DNA from: an uncultured Elstera sp.
Lineage (GTDB): Bacteria; Pseudomonadota; Alphaproteobacteria; Elsterales; Elsteraceae
Assembly: GCA_964576605.1 (NCBI GenBank)
Contig: CAZNVY010000004.1
Location: forward strand, 2,741 to 66,740
DNA length: 64,000 nucleotides
Direction: 5' to 3'
Within the stretch, counting starts at the first letter, position 1. Every line of letters starts with the position of its first letter. Shown piece by piece: positions 18,979 to 27,198 of the stretch. The notes beneath the pieces were generated by a model. The model saw nothing but the letters and a program-made list of their open reading frames with translations. It had not been told where the DNA came from and did no database searches. The position numbers were made by a program, and so were the translations under genes.

Positions 18979-19874
18979 TTGGCCGCAGCAAACGCCTCGC
19001 GCAGCACGGTCAGGACGCGCAGGGTCGCGGGAATGCCCCCGGCGGCCAGATAGAAATCGCCCGGCGGCAGATAAACGATCTGCTGCTTTTTCCCGGCCGT
19101 GGTTTGTGCCACCAGATCATTCGCTAAAGTGGCCTTGGCCGAGGTTTCGCCAATCGCCGCCCCCCGGTCGAGGACCAACAGCCAATCGGGGTTGGTTTGA
19201 TGCAGCAACTCGAAGGAGACGATTTCTCCGTGCACGGCCGTTGCCGTGGTTTCCACCGCTGCCGGTAGGCCAAGTTCCTTGTGTAGCCAGCCAAAACGCG
19301 ACCCTGGCCCATAGATGGAAATCTTCGGCCCATTGGCCATAACGATTAGCGCCTTCCCTTTGCCCTGGGCGGCGGCCCGCGTGGCGGCGACGGCGGTATC
19401 GAGATCACGCGCCAGCGCCGCTGCCGCCGCCTCTTTGCCGAACAGGGTGCCATAGGCGGCCAGGCGCTGTTTGGCTTCGGCCAGAAGGTCGGTGCCGCTC
19501 AGGCTCATGTCGATTGCCGGGGCGACGCGACGCACCGACGCCAACTGGGGGGAGGAACGCCCGCCGACGATAATCAAATCGGGGGCCAGCGCACTCAGGG
19601 CCTCTAGGTCTGGCTCGAACAAAGTGCCGACCTTGCTGGCCCCTTTGTGCAGGGCGGCGAATTCCGGTAGATAAAGATTGCTCGGCAGTCCTGCCGGTTT
19701 AACTCCCAGGGCGGTAATCGTATCGATCGCGGCTAGGTCGAAAACCGCAATCATGCGCGGGGTTTGCGCAATCTGCACCACCCCTTGGGCGGTTTCAATC
19801 GCCGCCGCTAGCGCGGGGGCCAAGCTGCCTGCCCAGGCCACTACCGCCACTGCCAGAACCCTGAGTGTCCGCAT
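18975..19874 (-). CDS. Periplasmic catecholate-siderophore binding protein (FatB/CeuE/YclQ type)
   Basis: Signal peptide, VGTLFEPDLE, PDLIIVGGR, GSRFGW, HGEIVSFE, FYL; GGAGG RBS before the ATG at 19874. Confidence 0.88.
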   Translation of the reverse strand: MRTLRVLAVAVVAWAGSLAPALAAAIETAQGVVQIAQTPRMIAVFDLAAIDTITALGVKPAGLPSNLYLPEFAALHKGASKVGTLFEPDLEALSALAPDLIIVGGRSSPQLASVRRVAPAIDMSLSGTDLLAEAKQRLAAYGTLFGKEAAAAALARDLDTAVAATRAAAQGKGKALIVMANGPKISIYGPGSRFGWLHKELGLPAAVETTATAVHGEIVSFELLHQTNPDWLLVLDRGAAIGETSAKATLANDLVAQTTAGKKQQIVYLPPGDFYLAAGGIPATLRVLTVLREAFAAAK

Positions 19875-19896
19875 CCTGAGACTCCCTCCGTCAAAC

Positions 19897-20772
19897 TTAA
19901 GAACGTGCCGCAAGGGCGAGGGCTGGCTGGGTTGGCTGGCGGCCCAGGGCTAGCATATCTTCGGTGCCAAGGCACGCCCGAACCGCCGCGCAATCCTGCC
20001 GCAGAACGGTAAAGGGCGTGGGGCCGAACCATTCCAGCGCCGCATCGGCCTCTGGATCGCTGAAGGAATGCAGGAAGCGGCGATAATCCACCGCCCCCTC
20101 GAACAGCGGCACCATCCCGTCGCGCCGCCCCGCCGCCGCATAGACATTCTCTGGCGCAAAAACCGCAAGATCGGCCCGAGAACGGATATTCTTCAGGTGA
20201 TAATGGGCGATATGCGGGGCCAGGGTGGTGCGGGCCGCAATCAGATCGTCGCCGCCTTCCCAAACATGCAGCACGTCGAAATTGATTTTCAGGGCCGGGT
20301 GATCCACAGCATCGATCAGCGCTTTGGTCCCCGCCAGCGTATCGGCCAGGGTGCCGGGGTGGGTTTCGATCACAAGATCGATGCCGTGATCAGCGGTGAG
20401 ATGACAAACCGCGCGCAGCCGCGCCGTTAGCAGGGCCTTTTCGACTGGATCGGTGGCGGCACTGCTACGGGTCCCCGCGAAACTGCGGATTTTTCGGGCA
20501 CCCCACCGCCCGGCGAGGCGGCAGAGGTCTAAGGTCTTGGCCGTTAGAACCGAAGGGTCGCCATCCAGCGGCAGATAATCACTGACCATCGGCACCCGCA
20601 GGCCGAAATCGGCCAGCCAGGCGGCATTGCGTTGGGGGTGGTCGGCCAGATTTCGGGCGTGTGCCCCCCATAGTTCTAGGCCATCGAAACCATTGGTTGC
20701 TGCCCAAACCGCCAGATCATCCAGAGAGGTCAAATGGTGGCGAAAGGTGATCGTGCAGAGCGAGAGTTTCAT
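19897..20772 (-). CDS. asbF: 3-dehydroshikimate dehydratase, AsbF type
   Basis: MKLSLCTITFRH, GLELWGAH, ETHPGTLAD, NFDVLHVWE, HYHLKNI, VYAAAG, LEWFG. Confidence 0.88.
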   Translation of the reverse strand: MKLSLCTITFRHHLTSLDDLAVWAATNGFDGLELWGAHARNLADHPQRNAAWLADFGLRVPMVSDYLPLDGDPSVLTAKTLDLCRLAGRWGARKIRSFAGTRSSAATDPVEKALLTARLRAVCHLTADHGIDLVIETHPGTLADTLAGTKALIDAVDHPALKINFDVLHVWEGGDDLIAARTTLAPHIAHYHLKNIRSRADLAVFAPENVYAAAGRRDGMVPLFEGAVDYRRFLHSFSDPEADAALEWFGPTPFTVLRQDCAAVRACLGTEDMLALGRQPTQPALALAARS

Positions 20773-22064
20773 CACGCCACCTCTTGGCCAACGCAGGCAG
20801 TGCAATAGGCGCGGAAGGCGGTATCAAGCGCCCGCTTGATCGCAAACTCCTGCGCATCCAGGGTTGCCAGCCGGGCAAAAAGATCGGGCGCAAGCCGCGT
20901 GTCGCCGGTTTCGCTAAGGCGCAAAATAGCGAAATGCAGGGCTTTATAGCCTTGGAACAGTGCTTCGATCGCGTCGCATTGCGCCAGAAAACTTGCGTCG
21001 GACCATTTCAACGCCCGCCAGAAAAACGCAAACCCATGCTCGTAGGCATATTTGCGGATCGACAGCACCGGGATTTCCCGCAGGGCGTTGGCCAAGGCGG
21101 CGGGCGGTAAGGCCGGGTCGCCGGCCAGATGCGCGGTCAGGATGCGGCGGATCGCGTCGGTCAGCGGATTGCGGGTGCGAACGAAGCACGCCTCGAAAAA
21201 GGCGGCAACATCGGCTGGCCGCGCCGGGCGTAGCGCCGCCCGATCAATCATAAAACCACCTGCGACCGACGGTTGCGTGAAAGCCGTGATGATCTTATCG
21301 CGCGGGATTTCCCCTTCCCAGCGGAAGTCTGGGTCGAGAACCCGGAAAAAATCCGCATCCTCGGCACTTTCCAGCATGAGATAGTGCGGGAAGGGGTTCT
21401 GGTTAAACTTATTCTCCCGCTCCGGCAGATGGTATAGATCAACCATCGCCATCACTGCTTGGCTTGGGTGTCGTTCTGTTACGAGGCGCAGCAGGGTTGC
21501 TAGGTTGGCGGCCTTATCGGCGCGGTGATCGTACCATTCCGCCACCTCCGCCCCATAAAGCCGCCGGAACCAGAGCCGGAAGAAATCGTGCCGCAGGCCA
21601 GGGGCGTGATAATTCAGCCGCCACGTCGGGGTAACGGCAAAATCCGCGTCCCAAACACCGAAATAGAAGGGGCGGTGATCGATTTTCGCCTTTTTCAACC
21701 CATCGCAGACACAACTGACAAAGCAATGGATTTTCAGGTCATAGTCCAGCTCATCGTGCACACTGGCGCTGGGGGCTGCCGCCTCGGCGGCGGCGGCGGC
21801 GGCGGGCGCGGGGACATAGAGCGCGGCGAGATCGGCGACAGTAGTCAAGGCCTGCGTGGACACGAGATCGTCTGGCGCGCTTAGGCCGTAATCGAGTTCC
21901 AGGCCCAGCAACAGGTTCAGCAACAGGATAGAGTCGATATATAAATCTTCGTTCAGCCGCGCGTCCGGACCAAAGGCGTGGAGATGCTGATTGTCGAGCT
22001 TATCGCGCAGCACGGTTTCGATCGCCGCGATGATCGCGTCGCGCGATAGGGTCGGCGCGCTCAT
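20772..22064 (-). CDS. Fused aryl carrier protein (AsbD-like) and AsbE-like amide-forming domain
   Basis: N-terminal ACP with LNEDLYIDS; Pro/Ala linker; then KIHCFVSCVC...DHRPFYFGVWDADF and PERENKFNQNPFPHY. Confidence 0.82.
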   Translation of the reverse strand: MSAPTLSRDAIIAAIETVLRDKLDNQHLHAFGPDARLNEDLYIDSILLLNLLLGLELDYGLSAPDDLVSTQALTTVADLAALYVPAPAAAAAAEAAAPSASVHDELDYDLKIHCFVSCVCDGLKKAKIDHRPFYFGVWDADFAVTPTWRLNYHAPGLRHDFFRLWFRRLYGAEVAEWYDHRADKAANLATLLRLVTERHPSQAVMAMVDLYHLPERENKFNQNPFPHYLMLESAEDADFFRVLDPDFRWEGEIPRDKIITAFTQPSVAGGFMIDRAALRPARPADVAAFFEACFVRTRNPLTDAIRRILTAHLAGDPALPPAALANALREIPVLSIRKYAYEHGFAFFWRALKWSDASFLAQCDAIEALFQGYKALHFAILRLSETGDTRLAPDLFARLATLDAQEFAIKRALDTAFRAYCTACVGQEVA

Positions 22065-23326
22065 GATAGCGTCTCCAGCGCGGGCAAGGCCCCATCGGCG
22101 ATCAGGGCGGCAACCTCCCGGCGGCTGATTTTGCCATTGGCCTTGCGCGGCAGGCTAGCGACTTGCCGAATATCGGCGGGCTGCTGATGGGTTGCTAAAT
22201 GCTCGCGGCACCAGGCGCGAATCTGCGCAAGGGCAATCGGCTCCCGCGCCGTGAAAACCAAGGCCACCCGTTCGCCCGCAAAAGGATCAACTTTACGGAA
22301 GGCGACCGCATCGGTCACGCCGGGCAGGCCCATGACCGCATCCTCCACCTCCTGCGGATAGACATTCAGGCCCGATACATTGATCGTATCATCCAACCGG
22401 GCAACGAAGACCAGCATTCCATCGTCCCGCCGGTAGCCAAGATCGCGGGTGTGAATATCCCCCTGCGGGCGGCGTAGAATGATTTCATCGGCGGTGTCCG
22501 CCGTTCCGCCGGCGATCAGATGATGCTGCGGCAGCACGAACCCCATATCGTTGCTGGCAGTCAGATCGGGATTGACGGCGATCACCCCGGCTTCGGAACA
22601 GCCGTATTGCTGAAAGAAATGCATCACCTTGCCCCGGATCGCGGCGAACCAGGGGTCGGGAAGAACCGTGCCAGAGGTCATCACCCCGTGCAGCGGTGCG
22701 TCGGGCGGGGTTAACTGCGCCAGCGTGTGCAAGATAACCGGGGAGGAATAGAGCAAAGGCCGGGCCAGCGCGCGCATCTGCTTCAGCAGATACTTCGGGT
22801 TGCCGGTATTGACGATATGCGGCACCTGCCCCCGGTGCAGCGCCACCATTAGCCCGCAGATCAGCCCATAGGAATGGGTGACCGGGCAGGCGATCAGCGG
22901 TTCCATACCGATGGGGGCGCGGAAGCTGGCGGTATAGCTATCGATTTCCGCTGCGATCTCGGCCCACGTGCGGGCGATGACCTTCGGGGCACCGGTGGTG
23001 CCAGAAGAAAGCTGCACCAAGTGTCCGCCGCGGGCTGTCTCTGGCGGCGGCGGCAGGATTTCGGCAGGCAGATCGTGAAACAGCAGAAGCGCGCATCCCG
23101 CTTCCTGGGCTAAACGCCGGGCGGCGGGCAGCGGGGTGCTGGGATGCAGCGGCATGACCCCCGCGCCAACCGCCCGCGCGGCAAAGCAAAAGGCCAGCCA
23201 GTCGATCGTATCGGGAAAGCAGACGGCATAACGGGTGCCGGAAGTCAGGCGAAAGCGCGTAGCCATCGCCTCGGTCCGCTCGGTCACCTTGGCGGCGCTG
23301 AACGGGGTTTCGTCAATAAGCAGCAT
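22061..23326 (-). CDS. asbC: 3,4-dihydroxybenzoate adenylating enzyme (AsbC-like)
   Basis: SSGTTGAPK, QYGCSEAG, TRDLG, RLDDTINVSGLNVYP, NGKISR; position in asb gene order. Confidence 0.85.
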   Translation of the reverse strand: MLLIDETPFSAAKVTERTEAMATRFRLTSGTRYAVCFPDTIDWLAFCFAARAVGAGVMPLHPSTPLPAARRLAQEAGCALLLFHDLPAEILPPPPETARGGHLVQLSSGTTGAPKVIARTWAEIAAEIDSYTASFRAPIGMEPLIACPVTHSYGLICGLMVALHRGQVPHIVNTGNPKYLLKQMRALARPLLYSSPVILHTLAQLTPPDAPLHGVMTSGTVLPDPWFAAIRGKVMHFFQQYGCSEAGVIAVNPDLTASNDMGFVLPQHHLIAGGTADTADEIILRRPQGDIHTRDLGYRRDDGMLVFVARLDDTINVSGLNVYPQEVEDAVMGLPGVTDAVAFRKVDPFAGERVALVFTAREPIALAQIRAWCREHLATHQQPADIRQVASLPRKANGKISRREVAALIADGALPALETLS

Positions 23327-25043
23327 AATCCACCTCGCGCGCGGCGAACGAGAAGTCGGCCAGAATATTCGGTACTGCGTGATGCAGTTCCGTTTCTGCC
23401 CGCCGCAGTTTTTCGGTCAGAAGCGATTCGGTTAGGATTTCGGGGGCATCCAGGCCCAGGGCGGCCAGGCGCGGGCCGGGGCGTTCTTGGGCGGCATAGG
23501 CGGCCAAGGCGGCGTGCACCCACCCCCAGAAAGTGGTTTCCGGCACCCCAGCTTTCAGTGCCAGAAGGTCCGACAGATCGGTCAGGTTGAACACGAACAG
23601 CGTGTCCATCACCAGTTCCCGCAGCGCCTCGGTATGCTCCGACCAGTAATATTGATTGGGGGCACCGTCGCGATAGGCGGGGTTCAGTTCAAAGAACGGC
23701 GGTTCGGCCTCTGGTTCCCGCAGGAAAGCGGTGCAATATTCGATGCTTTCGTGAAAGTCCCGCAGGATCAGCCGCTCTGGCCAGCCGTTGCGGTGGGTCA
23801 GCACCATATTCTGGGCATGGGCTTCGACGGCGATACCGTGATGGACCAGCAGATGCCAGACCGGCAGAACGGCAACCTCGATCAGTCGCTTTATCCAGGC
23901 CGGACCGCCGTAGTGATCGAGCCAAGGCGCGATTGCGGCGCTGCCGTCGGCCTCGGTAACGGCCAGAAGATTGAAGGGAACGGCAGCTTCACCGGGCAGG
24001 AGCGCCGCCTCGACACTGCCGCGCCAAATGGCGGCAACTTGCCCGGCCAGCGGCCCATCGCGATCAGCAATAATTGCCGCATATTCCGGCAAAAGCGCTA
24101 GCGGATAGCGGGTTTGGAACAAGGGATCACGGGCCACGATGCCAGTCAGCCAGTCGGAAATCACCGGCGCGACCGGCACCGAATGCGGCGTTAGGCTGCG
24201 GCGCGAGGCGGTGTTGACGATATTCAGCGCCAGTTTCACCTGCGCCGCCGTCGGATCATCGGCATTCATGAGCGTCCGCACCGATTGGCTCGCGCGATAA
24301 AAGGCCCCCGCCGGTCCCAGCAGGACAGCCCGGCCATCGGCCAACCAGGGGGCCAGTGCCCCGGCGCTTAACTCAGCCCATTGCCAGGGATGCAGGGGTA
24401 CCAGCCCATAGGCGGCGGCCCCGCCGGGCACGGCGGCGCGGCGGCGGTCGAGATCGGGCCAGGCGGGGCCGAGTTCCGCCGCCCAGAAAGCCGCTTCCCG
24501 CCCCGGTAAAACTTGGTGCAACGCGGCCCGCGCCACCGCGAGCCAAACAAGTTGGAAACGATGCCCCGCCTCCGGCCCATAGGCGTCATGGTCGGCGTCG
24601 GAAAACCCCAAGCGCGCCTTGAAGCAGGGGTGATAGGGGTGGCCTTCATCCAGTGCCCCATCGACGGCGGCATAGGGCAGGTTGAGCCGGGGGTAGGTTG
24701 GCAGATGCGCGGCATTCCAGCGGCAGAGATCGACCGTGCGCGCCAGTTCTGCCAATAGCCCAGCTTTGTGCTCGGCGGGCGTCGGGACTGAGGCGAGCAG
24801 CGCTGCCGGCTCGGCGGGTCCCCACCCCAGTGGCCCCTGTTGCTGCACCGATCCGGCGGTTAGCCGCAGCCGACCGAAGGGGCCAATTAATCCCCGACAG
24901 CGGAAACGGTCCCAGGTGAAGCTCAGGCCGTCGGCATCGGGGGTGCAGCGGGCGGGCACCAGCTTTTCAAACAGCAGGGCCGCGGCCAATTGCCGGACGA
25001 CCCGTTCTTCCGGCTGACCGGGTAGATCACGCGGGAACGGCAT
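23313..25043 (-). CDS. asbB: IucA/IucC-family NIS siderophore synthetase (AsbB-like)
   Basis: EGHPYHPCFKARLGF, PLHPWQW, SQSVRT, EAHAQN, RDFHES. Confidence 0.88.
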   Translation of the reverse strand: MPFPRDLPGQPEERVVRQLAAALLFEKLVPARCTPDADGLSFTWDRFRCRGLIGPFGRLRLTAGSVQQQGPLGWGPAEPAALLASVPTPAEHKAGLLAELARTVDLCRWNAAHLPTYPRLNLPYAAVDGALDEGHPYHPCFKARLGFSDADHDAYGPEAGHRFQLVWLAVARAALHQVLPGREAAFWAAELGPAWPDLDRRRAAVPGGAAAYGLVPLHPWQWAELSAGALAPWLADGRAVLLGPAGAFYRASQSVRTLMNADDPTAAQVKLALNIVNTASRRSLTPHSVPVAPVISDWLTGIVARDPLFQTRYPLALLPEYAAIIADRDGPLAGQVAAIWRGSVEAALLPGEAAVPFNLLAVTEADGSAAIAPWLDHYGGPAWIKRLIEVAVLPVWHLLVHHGIAVEAHAQNMVLTHRNGWPERLILRDFHESIEYCTAFLREPEAEPPFFELNPAYRDGAPNQYYWSEHTEALRELVMDTLFVFNLTDLSDLLALKAGVPETTFWGWVHAALAAYAAQERPGPRLAALGLDAPEILTESLLTEKLRRAETELHHAVPNILADFSFAAREVDYAAY

Positions 25044-26757
25044 GATCCCTCCGGGCGCGGGCTAGGTCCCGCAGCGGGTTCGGTACGGCGGCGTATAGCG
25101 CGTCTTCGTCGGCAGCGGCCAGTTCATCCACATCGTGCAGCCGCGCGGTTAGATTGAACTTGGCCCCCAGGGTTGGGCTGTCCAGCAGATGGTTGACAAA
25201 GCGGCGGCCTGCCCGGTGTAAGCTGGCGTGCTGATCGCGTAGAAAAACCCCTAGATCGTCCAGCAGGGTTTCTTCGGCGCAGAGTTGGTCGCGCCCGAAG
25301 CGGGCGATAACGCCGAAAATTTGATTGACGATCAAATAGTAAGAAAAGCGCTTTTGGATCACCGTCTCCGAGTAATAGAGACCGCTGATGTTATCAGCCT
25401 CTGGAATGATCCGGCGCAGATCGGCACGATAGCTATCGGCCAGATAGAAGCCTTGATTGTCGCGGTAATAAAAAGCCTCTGGCCACCCCTGGTTGAGGGC
25501 TAACAAACCGTTTTGCTGATGGGCTTCCAGCGCCATCCCGTGCGCGTCGTAAAGATGCAGCAGCGGCGCGAGAGCCACGGTCAGATAGGCTCGGAACCAC
25601 GCCTGGGCCGACCGGCCCGATTGGCGAAGGGCCGCGACCAGGCGCGACGGGTACCCCGGCGGCGGATCGGCGGTTAGGGCCGCCAGGGTTGTTACTCCAG
25701 CCCCCGCCGGGCCTTGAAAGGGGTTTTCCCGCAAAATTACCTCGAACCCACTTTCGGCCCGGCCGGGTAGGTCGAGGGTGATCGCGGCGGGATCGAGCAA
25801 AAAGCGCAGCCCAGGGCGCAGGGTGGGGCCGATGGCGTGTATCAGCCGCGCCATGGTCACGCCCGCCGCCAATTCGTGCCGCCGATTGACCCTGACCGAG
25901 TTGGTGATGCGCACCGGCAACGAGAATTTCAGCATCCAAGGACTATCGGGGCTATAGACCGTGCGGACCGAGGAGGTGGCGGTGAACAATGGCCCGCCGG
26001 GACCGAGATCGCGCAGCGCGCCTGTCGCCAACAGGGCCTGAACCTGCGGATCGAGCCGCAGGGCCTGGGCCTGCAGCGGATGCATCGGTAATGGGATTTC
26101 CCCCTCGCGCAGGCCTAAGGCCGCCGCAGCAGGGCCAAAAACCTGGTGCAATGCCTCGGCGGCCGAATAGGGCGCGGCAGAGGTTTGCACGGCCCGTGCC
26201 GCCTGCAGGGCGAAAAGATCAAGCGCAAAGCGGCCCTTGCGGTGTGGCGCATAGTGCACTTGCTGCCAGTCGGCCATGCCTTGCAGGCTTTTCGGGGTTG
26301 GATGCAGCGTATGGCCGTAGATCAGCGATTGTTCGGCGGCGATGAACTCATCGCCCATCGGTCCCGCCTGGGCCTCTAGCCCATCGCGGATGCCCTGATA
26401 GCTCAGAAGAACCCGCAAGAGCAGTTCCAATTCGCTGGCGCGGAGGCCCCCCTGCGTATCCAAACGGCCGTAGCATTCGCGCGCCAAAGCACAGACCGCG
26501 GCGAAGGGCGGCAGGGGCTGCCAGTGCGGATCGCTGCCCTGCTGCACCCAGATCCGTCCAAACCGGCAGGGGCCGCATAGCGAGGGGGTTAGAATTTCGG
26601 CCCGCAGCTGGCTGCGCTGCGAGGGTAAGGCCCATTGTAGGCAGTCGGCCCCGGATTGCGGCGGGGCGGCGGGAGTGCCGGGGTCGATTTCACGCCGGTA
26701 GCAATTGGCGAAATTCTGAAACACCGCCTCTTCGGCGAGGGCAGGGGAGGAGCGCAT
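25027..26757 (-). CDS. asbA: IucA/IucC-family NIS siderophore synthetase (AsbA-like)
   Basis: AEQSLIYGHTLHPTPKS, HPLQ, TSSVRT, TNSVRVN, EAHQQN, RDNQG. Start could be 26850. Confidence 0.88.
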   Translation of the reverse strand: MRSSPALAEEAVFQNFANCYRREIDPGTPAAPPQSGADCLQWALPSQRSQLRAEILTPSLCGPCRFGRIWVQQGSDPHWQPLPPFAAVCALARECYGRLDTQGGLRASELELLLRVLLSYQGIRDGLEAQAGPMGDEFIAAEQSLIYGHTLHPTPKSLQGMADWQQVHYAPHRKGRFALDLFALQAARAVQTSAAPYSAAEALHQVFGPAAAALGLREGEIPLPMHPLQAQALRLDPQVQALLATGALRDLGPGGPLFTATSSVRTVYSPDSPWMLKFSLPVRITNSVRVNRRHELAAGVTMARLIHAIGPTLRPGLRFLLDPAAITLDLPGRAESGFEVILRENPFQGPAGAGVTTLAALTADPPPGYPSRLVAALRQSGRSAQAWFRAYLTVALAPLLHLYDAHGMALEAHQQNGLLALNQGWPEAFYYRDNQGFYLADSYRADLRRIIPEADNISGLYYSETVIQKRFSYYLIVNQIFGVIARFGRDQLCAEETLLDDLGVFLRDQHASLHRAGRRFVNHLLDSPTLGAKFNLTARLHDVDELAAADEDALYAAVPNPLRDLARARRDHAVPA

Positions 26758-26800
26758 GAAAGGCCATTCCTGTCGAAGACCCGGACTGGCCGGGCCGCGT

Positions 26801-26822
26801 CCGCCGGGGGGATTCCCGGCGG
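26801..26822. other. GC-rich hairpin between DUF2218 gene and asbA
   Basis: CCGCCGGG-N6-CCCGGCGG, no U-tract. Confidence 0.4.
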
Positions 26823-26902
26823 CGGGTGGCGGTGGGCTGCCGTGACTCATAGTATTTAGGCAAAGATGGCGTCGCGGGAGGGGCCTGCGCGGGGGCGAGC
26901 CT

Positions 26903-27187
26903 CTATCGCCCCCAGGTCAGGACTTCCGCCCCGTCCCGGAAAGCAAACCGCAAGAGATGCCGTTCGATAACGTCCTGGGTTTCCAGCAATTCAGCTTCGG
27001 AGGGGGCGGTCACCGATAGGGCAAGCCCGGTTTCCGTTACGGCAAGCCGGGCGGTACCGCAAACAAAGCGGCACACCCCCTCCGTATCCGACCAATCGAC
27101 CGGCAGCTTATGGGCGAAATGCTTACAGATTTGCGCCAGATAGCGACCCGGTTGATCGGTCGGGAAATGGGCTGATGCGTGCATCAT
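26903..27187 (-). CDS. DUF2218-family protein (copy 1)
   Basis: RYLAQICKHFAHKLP...VIERHLLRFAFR. Confidence 0.85.
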   Translation of the reverse strand: MMHASAHFPTDQPGRYLAQICKHFAHKLPVDWSDTEGVCRFVCGTARLAVTETGLALSVTAPSEAELLETQDVIERHLLRFAFRDGAEVLTWGR

Positions 27188-27198
27188 CGCCGACGACT

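Noticed and set aside
21771..21812. GCG-type triplet runs as tandem repeats
   Set aside because: They encode poly-Ala linkers within proteins.
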